DNA of 64,000 bases from Candidatus Levyibacteriota bacterium. Its GTDB lineage: Bacteria > Patescibacteriota > Microgenomatia > Levybacterales > UBA12049. The translations under genes were made by a program, and so were the position numbers. The notes beneath the pieces are model-generated. The model searched no databases. It was not told the origin of the DNA and saw nothing but the letters and a program-made list of their open reading frames with translations. Positions 27,144-35,785 of this stretch are shown here, piece after piece; positions within the stretch are counted from its first letter, which is position 1; the number at the start of each line of letters is the position of its first letter. Location: NCBI GenBank assembly GCA_016186645.1, contig JACPLF010000006.1:124808-188807 (forward strand). Direction: 5' to 3'.

Positions 27144-30100
27144 ATGCCAGTAGATATGACACCAGAAACAGAAAGCGGACATCATCCTAATGGAGAGGGG
27201 GGGGCAGAATCCCCTTTGCCGGAGATAAGGCTGACCCAAGTTGTTAAATCGGCATCTCCAGTTGTTCCAGAAAGAATTTTAAGGGAAAAGACCATGGAAG
27301 AAAAAGCCTTGCTCGTGCCTTACGGGGAATACACGTTTCTTATTGTAAGGGATTCCGGCAGAATTGCTCTTTTGGACGCAAATGGCAAGAATGTAGAGGA
27401 ATTTGCCAACTTGGGGTCAACGATGATTCTTGATTGGGATAGTATCAGAACGAAGAGGGTTACACGAATAACTAGATTAACAGCAGCCGGGAAAGAAGAA
27501 ATTAGTGTGCATGAATTGAAAGATCCAAAATTAAAGAGAGCGGCTAGTGAGAAATTCAGCTATTTAAACGTAGATTCTATGGAAATTCCACCTCCATGGA
27601 AATTGGACGATTCTCATCCCGGACAGATTCATTTCTCCATTTCTAGAAATGGTATTATTTTTGGCTCAGGTGAAATAGTGGGTTTTCGTACAACGGACGA
27701 GCATGATATTCCTTATCCTGTTCGAAACTGGATAAGGACAGATAATGCTAGTGTTGATTTTAAAGATAGACTGTTTTTGCAAAATATGGCGATTGGGCTT
27801 CCTACACTTACTAAAGAAGTGGCAAAATTGCCGCGCGGTGTTGATGCGTTTGGCAGAACGGAGTATATAGTAAACGCTTCGGATGAACTTACGCTTCATT
27901 TGGGTGATGACAAGAAGGTTTACTTGGGGCGCGTAGACGCGGGAGGACGTATCTGTGTTGATCCTACGGAGAAAGATGCAGTTTACTTTCTAAGCCAGCA
28001 AAATCCTACTTATTTACTCAAGATAGATGCATCAGCGGAGCGCATTTCACAGAGACAGCGATTGGAAGCTCAACATTTACCTTTCCCTAGAGATTTTGGT
28101 GCGGTTAAATCCATATCCATTGATCCGCAAGGCAGCTTTTTCATGCTAGAAACAGATAAGGGAATCGTTCTTCTGGAAAAAGGTACACTTAAGGAGTTGA
28201 AGGATGCTCCTGGTTTTTCTTCGGCGCATTTTGATTCAAAAGGAAGAATAGTTGCTCTAGATAACAATGGGTACTTTGTTATATTGCAGCCGGATTTAGA
28301 GGAGTATCGTAGAGCAATTGAAAAGGCAAAGATGGAAGGGATTGTCAGAGGAGCAACAGCGGATTTATTTGGAAAAGAAGAAGCTGAAACCGGAAAGGTT
28401 GATGTCGATAAATTTAAGCATCTGTTGCCAATAAGGACAAATTTGCAAAATGATTTCGATCCTCAGATACGTAAAATCAAAACTTTTAGTGAGACAACCG
28501 CAATTTCACGAGCTCTGGATACATTAAGATCCCGCCTTGGGTCCCAAGGACTAAATCCCGAACAAGTATTATTTATCACAAAAGGAATAGAAGAGGCAAT
28601 ACGAGCTAAACAACAGGAATTGGCTATGCCATTGGTTGTTCAAGGATTGGCGGATTTACAGGGCAAGCTTTCAGGAGACTTAACTGTAGCTGTTCTTTCT
28701 GAAGCCAGAGACGATCTTACCAAATTAAAATCTTTGGAAGGGTTCGTTGATGAAGGGACGCGCGCCAAAATAATTGCTTTGGAAAAACAATTAAGTACGC
28801 AGAGCTCTGAGTTTTTTCGTAGAGAAAGCCCGGTGATTGAAAAATATGGTAGCGATATTGTGCAAAGGGAAATAACAAGACTTGTACAGATAACAAGTAA
28901 ACCTGATTTTGACGATTGGCAAGAACATACATTGCCTCAGCAGTTAAGGAGGCTAACGGAATTGATCAATAATTATCCGCCAGACGCTCCTTCAGAGACA
29001 TTAGAGAGACTTCTGTCTTTTAGCAAGCAACTGCGGGACATGGCTAGGGAATATGAGATTAAATTTAAAGAAAGATATGCGGAGGTTCGTCAAAGGGGAT
29101 CTGTAATAATGGGTGAAAGAGTAGGATTAATTGAATCAGACATAGTTTCGTTTGCTGAAAGACTTAGAGGTAGAGGTTTTAAGGATAGGATGCAGGCAGA
29201 AACTCATATTGGATCAAGTGAGGCATTGGGAATCCTTCGATCTGACATTGAAGAGCTTGCAAGGCAAAATCCGGATGCAGCAAGAGAGTTAGATAGGACA
29301 CTGAAAGCGCAAATTGCCAACATAATGTTTGAAATTGAGCGTGGCGGGCTGACAACAATTGCAGAAACTGGTCAGCAAATGGAGTTATTTGGAAAGACTC
29401 TATTTCCAAGATGGGAAGCCCCAATCAAAGAAAAGACTCAAAAAAAAGTTGATCTTATTTTTATCCCGAATGAAAGATCAGAAGGCCCAGGAATTTCTCC
29501 AGATAGAATTTACGGCGATGTGGGGCTTGCTGTTATAAATTCACGGGGCAAGGTAGCAAGAGTAAGACTTTTTGAGGGATGGGAGAAGGAGAATGCAGTT
29601 AGATTGGGCATATTGCCTTTAATTCCACCATCCTATGTTACGTATGCTGAGTTTGGGGAAATAAGAAAGGCATATATGGACTGGAATATCGGAGAGAAAT
29701 CAAAGATTCGGCAAGAGCTTGCCCAAAGAAGCAACGTGCTTCGGGAGTGGCGAAAAGCAAGACTAGGGCAACACAAATCTCCTCAGGAAGAGGAAGAATG
29801 GAAAGACTTACTTAGAGATTATGTAAGTTTTTATGCTGAAAATTATATCTCTATTTTGCATCGTGTGGATCGTGTAAAAAAAGCTCCGGAGGGCGAGTAC
29901 GAGAATGGAAAAGGTTTTGTTCCTGAGTGGCAAAGCCATTGGACAGTAGACGAAACCACAGAGCACTATTTGGAAGAAATGGCTAAGGCTTCCGGAATGC
30001 AGCTTGATTTACAAGAAGGCTTACTTAATCTTAAGGGGCATGCGGGAACAGGAAAAGACGTACTCGTAAAAATGTTTAGCAATCGAACAAACAGGCCTTA

Positions 30101-30998
30101 TTTTACAATTGACTGCTCAAAATGGACAACAGAGTTCGAACTTTCAGAAGACGTAGTGCTTGAAGCAGAAGACGGCGCGTCAAAAACAGTAAAAGTCCCA
30201 TCAGTTGTTTTAAACGCTATAACAACCCCTGGTGCAATTATGTACTTCAATGAGATTAACGCCATGCCGGAACAGGCACAGATTTTCCTGCATGGATTAA
30301 TGGATGAAAAAAGAACATTGACTCTCAAAACAAGTTCGGGAAAAGCGGTTAAAACTTTGCCTAGTGTGCTTTTGATGGGGTCGATGAATCCGGGATATCC
30401 GGGCACGTTTAATCCCCAATTTGCAACTAAGAGTAGAATGGTTGGACTAGAAATAGATTACCCTCCATTATATGGAGAAAGAGGAACAAACGATCCTAAT
30501 CCAAACCCTCCAATAAGCGCTGCTGAGGCATTACGGGTTGCTCGACAAGTTGATTCATTGGCTGATTTTACCTATGAAGCCAATCCTAAGCACAATGAAT
30601 TCGTACGAATATGGGACAGGTATGTTAATGGGATTCAAAATGGAGCGCCTGACTTAAATCAAGTACAAAGATTTGATGTTGAAGCTATTTTGACAATGGT
30701 GGAGTTTGCACAAAAACTTAGGGAAGGATTTATACTGAAGTTTGAAAAAGCAAGGGCATCGTCAATTCCTAAGGGAACACTTTTAGTTGATCAGCCAATA
30801 ACAGGAAGAGAAATGAGAAGAATGGCTTACTTTTTAAGCAAAATGTCTCCAGAGGAAAAGGCAACAGCTAATCCAGAAGCAGTAATAAGAAGTCTTATTG
30901 AAAGATTCTTCCTGTCCCATATTGATAAGAAAGATGAGAGGGATGAAATAAGAACAGCAATGGCTACTTGGACGTCGTCCAAGAGACCGGCAGCTTAG
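27144..30998 (+). CDS. giant (1284 aa) protein with a C-terminal MoxR/AAA_5-class AAA+ ATPase domain and a roughly 900-aa unassigned N-terminal region
   Basis: P-loop GHAGTGKD, Walker-B-like IMYFNEIN, FLHGLMDEKRTLT and sensor region LLMGSMNPGYPGT align to MoxR-family signatures. No signal peptide. Confidence 0.65.
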   Translation: MPVDMTPETESGHHPNGEGGAESPLPEIRLTQVVKSASPVVPERILREKTMEEKALLVPYGEYTFLIVRDSGRIALLDANGKNVEEFANLGSTMILDWDSIRTKRVTRITRLTAAGKEEISVHELKDPKLKRAASEKFSYLNVDSMEIPPPWKLDDSHPGQIHFSISRNGIIFGSGEIVGFRTTDEHDIPYPVRNWIRTDNASVDFKDRLFLQNMAIGLPTLTKEVAKLPRGVDAFGRTEYIVNASDELTLHLGDDKKVYLGRVDAGGRICVDPTEKDAVYFLSQQNPTYLLKIDASAERISQRQRLEAQHLPFPRDFGAVKSISIDPQGSFFMLETDKGIVLLEKGTLKELKDAPGFSSAHFDSKGRIVALDNNGYFVILQPDLEEYRRAIEKAKMEGIVRGATADLFGKEEAETGKVDVDKFKHLLPIRTNLQNDFDPQIRKIKTFSETTAISRALDTLRSRLGSQGLNPEQVLFITKGIEEAIRAKQQELAMPLVVQGLADLQGKLSGDLTVAVLSEARDDLTKLKSLEGFVDEGTRAKIIALEKQLSTQSSEFFRRESPVIEKYGSDIVQREITRLVQITSKPDFDDWQEHTLPQQLRRLTELINNYPPDAPSETLERLLSFSKQLRDMAREYEIKFKERYAEVRQRGSVIMGERVGLIESDIVSFAERLRGRGFKDRMQAETHIGSSEALGILRSDIEELARQNPDAARELDRTLKAQIANIMFEIERGGLTTIAETGQQMELFGKTLFPRWEAPIKEKTQKKVDLIFIPNERSEGPGISPDRIYGDVGLAVINSRGKVARVRLFEGWEKENAVRLGILPLIPPSYVTYAEFGEIRKAYMDWNIGEKSKIRQELAQRSNVLREWRKARLGQHKSPQEEEEWKDLLRDYVSFYAENYISILHRVDRVKKAPEGEYENGKGFVPEWQSHWTVDETTEHYLEEMAKASGMQLDLQEGLLNLKGHAGTGKDVLVKMFSNRTNRPYFTIDCSKWTTEFELSEDVVLEAEDGASKTVKVPSVVLNAITTPGAIMYFNEINAMPEQAQIFLHGLMDEKRTLTLKTSSGKAVKTLPSVLLMGSMNPGYPGTFNPQFATKSRMVGLEIDYPPLYGERGTNDPNPNPPISAAEALRVARQVDSLADFTYEANPKHNEFVRIWDRYVNGIQNGAPDLNQVQRFDVEAILTMVEFAQKLREGFILKFEKARASSIPKGTLLVDQPITGREMRRMAYFLSKMSPEEKATANPEAVIRSLIERFFLSHIDKKDERDEIRTAMATWTSSKRPAA

Positions 30999-31013
30999 TT
31001 ATGCAATACAGAT

Positions 31014-34000
31014 ATGGATATGGATACAGAAAGAGGAGAAATACCGCGACCTCCGCAGAAAGATGGACTTGCTAGAGAAAAAATTTTTCTCGCAGAGCAA
31101 GCCTCGGAAGGTGATTTAAAAGTAGTCCCCGGAAAAAATTGGGCGTTCCACTATCCTCACGGTGCGCAAGCACGATCTGATGCCATTTCTGGTCTGCTTG
31201 ATGGGCGGACTAAGCCGGAAGATGTACTTGGTGATTTAAAACCAGACGCCTTTACCTATGATGTTGCTGATCTTGAACATCAAGGTTTAGTTTCGGTTGC
31301 TGGAAGAGTTAGAGATGTTTCGGCATATGTAACTCATTATGATTATTCCCGATTTGCTCAGTTTGTAGCTAGCTTGCAGGGAACAGGTATAACTCCTGAT
31401 ACAGCTCAATCTCTTTATGATGGTATAGCTCAAAACAGAATCCGTAAAAAAATGATCGAGGCTTATGGATATACAGGCAGAAAGCAAATGGAAGAAGCTC
31501 TTAAGTTGGAAGCAGAGAGAGCTGTACAGCAAATTGGCAGCCTTCCTCGCGTTGAGAAAGTGTTGGCGGCCTTAAAAATGAACTGGATGGCCGAAGATCA
31601 GCTTGCTAGAACTGAGCAAAGAGATCAAACAGTAGGACAACTGTCTCCTGATGAGCGTCAGCTTTATGATCTGCTGAGAGATCCTTACCAAGACTACGTA
31701 AGAAGGGGTGATCAATCTGCTTATGAAAGTTTGGTAAATGGGGTAAAAGAGAATATCCCTAAAATTCAACAAGAGCCAGAGAAGCCAGAGGAACCGCAAA
31801 GGGATGAAGCTCAGGAGAAGCTTGAAGAAGAATTGGAAGAATATAAAGATGAAGCGGTGCCGCCCGTTACTCCTGGAGATCCGGGAATTCCGCCTGAAGA
31901 TTCTGACGAATACCATACTCCTTCATCTCCCCCATGGGAATCTGAAGAGGAAGCATCTTCCCATCCGTATTTTGAAATAACTCCAAATGGAACGAGTACT
32001 AAGCCAATGACAGGATATTATGCAAGCGGCAGAAAAAGCCATTACGACATTGATCAAAAAACATGGAGTAAGAAAAAGCAACTCGTTTCTTATGGTGCAA
32101 ATATAAATGGGAATGAAAGGCAAACTATTTCGGCAACAGTAGGCAAGGGGCTTACATCTATACCTATACCAAATGGGTACGGATTGGATATGCAGTCTCT
32201 CAAATTCACAGGTGACAGGCCTGAAATTTTCAGAGATCAAAATGGATGTTTTTATATAAAAACTGATGGAGGCAGTACGTTTTCAATAGATTTCTTAAAA
32301 GAAAATCCTGTTTTTTCTGGTTCCCCAATAGCAGATGATATAGTGCCTATCCATAGAGGACAGCTTTCTATAGAGACGGAAAACGCAATGACTGGTTTAG
32401 TTGGCAGCGATTTAGAAAAAGCAGAAGCGCTTCGCAAATATTTACTCTCAAAACATTTTTATCCCGGCGATGGTGATTTGCAAATGGCGCAGGCTTTGCA
32501 GCTTAAGCTAAGAAGTGAGTCTGCAGGAGACAATTATATTCAAAATCTTGACAAATCGGAGTATCTTGAATGCTATTCTGCGAATACGCTTTTTATAGCA
32601 ATGCTCAGGAAAATTGGTATTCCCGCAAGATTAGTTATTGGCCACCGAGTAGAAAACGCAAAAAATGGCAAAGCAAGCATTAATTCAACTACCGGTCACG
32701 CTTGGACTGAAGTATGGGATGGTAGTGCTTGGAGAAGAATGGATGCAACGCCACGACCAAAACAGCAAAAGAAAGATCAAAAGGGCGATTCAAATTCTCC
32801 TACTCAGGAAGCGCAGGATGGAGGGATTGAAGGACAAGGTCAGCCACAGCAAGATCAACCTCAGCAGGGGCAAGGTAGTCAATCTGGCGAGTCAATGCCA
32901 GGTCAGCAAATGGGTGAAGCTTCCGACCAAGACATAGCTCAAGGAGAATCACAACTTGACAATGCCCAACAATTTTCGGAGCATTTGGAGCAGGAAAAGC
33001 AAAGCTTAGACCAAAAACTTGAAAATGCGGAGTCCTTCCAAGATTTAAAGAAGTTAGAGCAGGAAGCTCAGGAGTCTGATTTGTTTGATGACATGAAACA
33101 AGATTTACAAGACAGGTTAGAAGCAAAAGAGGAGCAGATGAAAGAAGCAATTAAAGAAAATCTTGATGAAATGGTACAAGACGGATTTTTAGATGAGGAG
33201 AGGAGACAGGAACTTGAGAGACAGCTTGAAGAAAATAAATTAGAAGAACTCGATCGAATTAGACAGCAAATTGAGCGGGAAAGCAGGTTATTTAATGAGT
33301 ACCAAGATATCAAGGAAGAAGTAGCGCCTTTGGTTGATCAGTGGTTTGATTACTTTGTAGAACGATTGCCAAGGCAGAAAGAAGTTGAGCTGGATGAAGA
33401 TTCACTTACCCGACAGGGGGCTTTCAATAGACATTCTGTAATGAAACCAAGGAATTTGCTTTTCGGAACTGTTAAAAATCCCCGAGTTATTAAGCCGTCA
33501 ATTAAACCAAAATTTTTAGCTTCAGTTATGGTTGACGTAAGCGGTTCAATGGCTGGAGAGAAGTTAAATATGGCAAGGAAACAATTGGTTTTCTATAATG
33601 AACTCTTTTCAAGGATTAGCAGTGAATTTGGTTTTATAAGGTATGCAAATAACATCTTTTCTGATAATTTAGTTGAACTCAAAACTTACGATCAAGATTA
33701 TGAAAGTCCTGTAAGATACGATTGGGGAGATGGTACTCGGTCAACAATTAAAGCGCGTCTTATGCAAGCGCTTCATACACAAGGAGGGACAAATATGCTC
33801 CCGGCAATTCAAAAAGCAGCAGCAGATTTAAATAAAGAAACATTTGAGTATCCAGATTATGCTTCTGCTTTTTATTTTGTTGGAGATGGGGAAGATACAT
33901 CTGGAAATTCAGCGAGAATTAAAGAGTTTTTAGGATTACTGGATTCTGAACATGGATTCGGAGAACATATGCTATCAGCAATAATGCTAGGAGATGAATC

Positions 34001-34136
34001 TCAAAGAAGAGGATTGGCCGCTATTTTTGGAGATGAACATACAACAGTTGCTCCAGATTTTGAAGCTTTGATCGAACAAAGTATGTACAAATTTGATGAA
34101 GACATAGAAGCGTATTTACGAGATAAAACTATATAA
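31014..34136 (+). CDS. giant (1040 aa) transglutaminase-like, coiled-coil and von Willebrand factor A (MIDAS) fusion protein
   Basis: Transglutaminase core Cys-His-Asp context (ECYSANTLFIAMLRKIGIPARLVIGH...GHAWTEVWDG...RMDATP). Q/E/D-rich low-complexity linker and a heptad-like charged region. vWA MIDAS motifs DVSGSM, GGTN and GDGEDT. Confidence 0.7.
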   Translation: MDMDTERGEIPRPPQKDGLAREKIFLAEQASEGDLKVVPGKNWAFHYPHGAQARSDAISGLLDGRTKPEDVLGDLKPDAFTYDVADLEHQGLVSVAGRVRDVSAYVTHYDYSRFAQFVASLQGTGITPDTAQSLYDGIAQNRIRKKMIEAYGYTGRKQMEEALKLEAERAVQQIGSLPRVEKVLAALKMNWMAEDQLARTEQRDQTVGQLSPDERQLYDLLRDPYQDYVRRGDQSAYESLVNGVKENIPKIQQEPEKPEEPQRDEAQEKLEEELEEYKDEAVPPVTPGDPGIPPEDSDEYHTPSSPPWESEEEASSHPYFEITPNGTSTKPMTGYYASGRKSHYDIDQKTWSKKKQLVSYGANINGNERQTISATVGKGLTSIPIPNGYGLDMQSLKFTGDRPEIFRDQNGCFYIKTDGGSTFSIDFLKENPVFSGSPIADDIVPIHRGQLSIETENAMTGLVGSDLEKAEALRKYLLSKHFYPGDGDLQMAQALQLKLRSESAGDNYIQNLDKSEYLECYSANTLFIAMLRKIGIPARLVIGHRVENAKNGKASINSTTGHAWTEVWDGSAWRRMDATPRPKQQKKDQKGDSNSPTQEAQDGGIEGQGQPQQDQPQQGQGSQSGESMPGQQMGEASDQDIAQGESQLDNAQQFSEHLEQEKQSLDQKLENAESFQDLKKLEQEAQESDLFDDMKQDLQDRLEAKEEQMKEAIKENLDEMVQDGFLDEERRQELERQLEENKLEELDRIRQQIERESRLFNEYQDIKEEVAPLVDQWFDYFVERLPRQKEVELDEDSLTRQGAFNRHSVMKPRNLLFGTVKNPRVIKPSIKPKFLASVMVDVSGSMAGEKLNMARKQLVFYNELFSRISSEFGFIRYANNIFSDNLVELKTYDQDYESPVRYDWGDGTRSTIKARLMQALHTQGGTNMLPAIQKAAADLNKETFEYPDYASAFYFVGDGEDTSGNSARIKEFLGLLDSEHGFGEHMLSAIMLGDESQRRGLAAIFGDEHTTVAPDFEALIEQSMYKFDEDIEAYLRDKTI

Positions 34137-34137
34137 A

Positions 34138-34161
34138 CTCGTCAAATCCTTCCTGCCCTAA
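34138..34161. repeat. ftsA 3'-end-like direct repeat copy B (CTCGTCAAATCCTTCCTGCCCTAA)
   Basis: Non-coding copy 2 nt after the vWA gene stop. Would encode LVKSFLP*, compared with the ftsA C-terminus IKSFMP*. Confidence 0.6.
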
Positions 34162-34183
34162 AAACTTTTGATATAATCATCCC

Positions 34184-34627
34184 ATGATCGAAAGACAGCC
34201 CTATGTGGAGCGTTATCAGGTCATGACTCCGCAGCAACGAAATGCGGAAATGAAAGGGTTATTTGCACTTCTTCCAGATGCCGACGTAACTTGGTCAGCT
34301 TTTCAGGGATTATTAGAATTGTTACAGCCCGAGGATATAAAAGAAAGACTTGCTTCTATAGATCTACATTTTGCAGAGAAAAAAGATATTTCTGATCATA
34401 GGAGAGCTTCTGTATTAAGACAGAATTTGACCGTGCGGCTAAATACTCTGTTGTCTTTTTCAATGATTACAGATGCCTTTAAAGTCTGTATCGCTGATGT
34501 GTTTAATCACAATTTTGACGTAGGCGTAAGTGAAGAAACATTAGTAGGTTGGATATTCCCCAGTGGAAGAAAATGGTATGCAGATTTGTTCCAATGGGAC
34601 CAATTAGAGAACGGTGGGATATTTTGA
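34184..34627 (+). CDS. hypothetical protein (147 aa)
   Basis: ORF lying between repeat copies B and C. No motif recognised. Confidence 0.35.
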   Translation: MIERQPYVERYQVMTPQQRNAEMKGLFALLPDADVTWSAFQGLLELLQPEDIKERLASIDLHFAEKKDISDHRRASVLRQNLTVRLNTLLSFSMITDAFKVCIADVFNHNFDVGVSEETLVGWIFPSGRKWYADLFQWDQLENGGIF

Positions 34628-34823
34628 TAGACAACAAGCAAGAAAGATAGAGCAGGAAGCGTATGTGTCTGCAATCGATCAGTATTTGAGACAGGAACTA
34701 CCTTATGAAGAAGAACAGGATGAGCCATTGGATGAAGAAAGCTTGGAAAATGAACGAAAACAAAAAGAAATTATTGAGAGATGGAGAGGTGAATTTATTC
34801 AGCGCTATGGTGACGAGCCTTAA
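34614..34823 (+). CDS. small acidic hypothetical protein (69 aa), possibly the frameshifted continuation of the previous ORF
   Basis: Starts 14 nt before the previous ORF's stop in another frame. Highly acidic (EEEQDEPLDEESLENE). Confidence 0.3.
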   Translation: MGYFDRQQARKIEQEAYVSAIDQYLRQELPYEEEQDEPLDEESLENERKQKEIIERWRGEFIQRYGDEP

Positions 34824-34970
34824 AATCTGAATAAGTTTTGATGTTTCCTCCAAAGGCGGACAGGTCGAAAGATTGAAACGAATTCATTTTCTTTTTTGTT
34901 ATCTCCATACCCGTACAACATTACGCTATAGCGTATCACTGTACCAGCACTAACTTTTTAAGCTATAAAA

Positions 34971-34995
34971 CTTCGTCAAATCCTTCATGCCATAA
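34971..34995. repeat. ftsA 3'-end-like direct repeat copy C (CTTCGTCAAATCCTTCATGCCATAA)
   Basis: Non-coding copy about 60 nt upstream of purN. Preceded by the 14-bp palindrome TACGCTATAGCGTA at 34922-34935. Confidence 0.6.
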
Positions 34996-35056
34996 TCCCC
35001 TTGCTTTTTAGTTTTTGTTTGCTAATATAAGTTAAACTGCTTCAGAGTATTTTGCG

Positions 35057-35785
35057 ATGAAAGAAAGATTGGCGACTTTAATTTCAGGGGGCGGTACCAC
35101 AATGCAAGCAATCATAGAAGCTTGTCAATCCGGAGAAGTTCCAATGGATATTGCTTGTGTTATTTCCAGCAGTCCTACTGCTGGCGGAATAGAAAAAGCA
35201 AAGCGCTTAGGAATTCCGGACAAAGATATTGTTGTGATTGATCCAAATAAATTTAAGGGTAGAGATAAAAAAATGGATCAAGACGCATTCGGTTTTGCAA
35301 TTTTACAAACACTACGAAAACGCGGGGTAACTGTTGTTACTCAAAATGGCTGGCTGCCCCTAACTCCACAAAGTGTTATAGATGAATATTCAGATGCGAT
35401 ATTTAATCAACACCCAGGCCCGGTACCGGAATTTGGAGGCAAAGGAATGTATGGGAGAAGAGTGCATGCCGCAAGATTGTTGTTTGTTCGGGAAACGAGA
35501 AGAAATTTTTGGACAGAGGCTATTGCTCAAAGAGTCCATAGAAATTTTGATCAAGGATCAGCAGTTAAATCTGAGCAAGTTGATATTCTTCCGGATGATA
35601 CAGCTGAAGATTTACAAAAAAGAGTTTTGCCAATTGAGCATCGAGTGCAAATTGAATTACTTAAGGATGTTGCTCGCGGCAATGTTAAGGAAGTAACAGG
35701 AAGGGAAAAACTTGTACGTCCCGGAGAAGAAAGAATTTTATTTCAGGCAAAAAAAGCAGCAAGATTATTGTATCCGTATGGATAA
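35057..35785 (+). CDS. purN: phosphoribosylglycinamide formyltransferase PurN-like
   Basis: N-terminal ISGGGTTMQAII loop and formyl-transferase fold order. 242 aa. Confidence 0.7.
   Translation: MKERLATLISGGGTTMQAIIEACQSGEVPMDIACVISSSPTAGGIEKAKRLGIPDKDIVVIDPNKFKGRDKKMDQDAFGFAILQTLRKRGVTVVTQNGWLPLTPQSVIDEYSDAIFNQHPGPVPEFGGKGMYGRRVHAARLLFVRETRRNFWTEAIAQRVHRNFDQGSAVKSEQVDILPDDTAEDLQKRVLPIEHRVQIELLKDVARGNVKEVTGREKLVRPGEERILFQAKKAARLLYPYG

Noticed and set aside
336-33313. Numerous 60-140-aa antisense or out-of-frame ORFs inside larger genes (for example 336-545, 1035-1325, 11794-12140, 31287-32437, 32800-33313)
   Set aside because: They lie entirely within well-supported genes on the opposite strand or in another frame. 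They have low-complexity or unusual composition and no recognisable motifs. They are considered spurious.
27144-34995. Integrase or transposase that would make the ftsA-flanked block a classical integrative element
   Set aside because: None of the ORFs in or next to the repeat-bounded cassettes shows tyrosine/serine recombinase or DDE transposase motifs. Mobility is therefore inferred only from the junction repeats.
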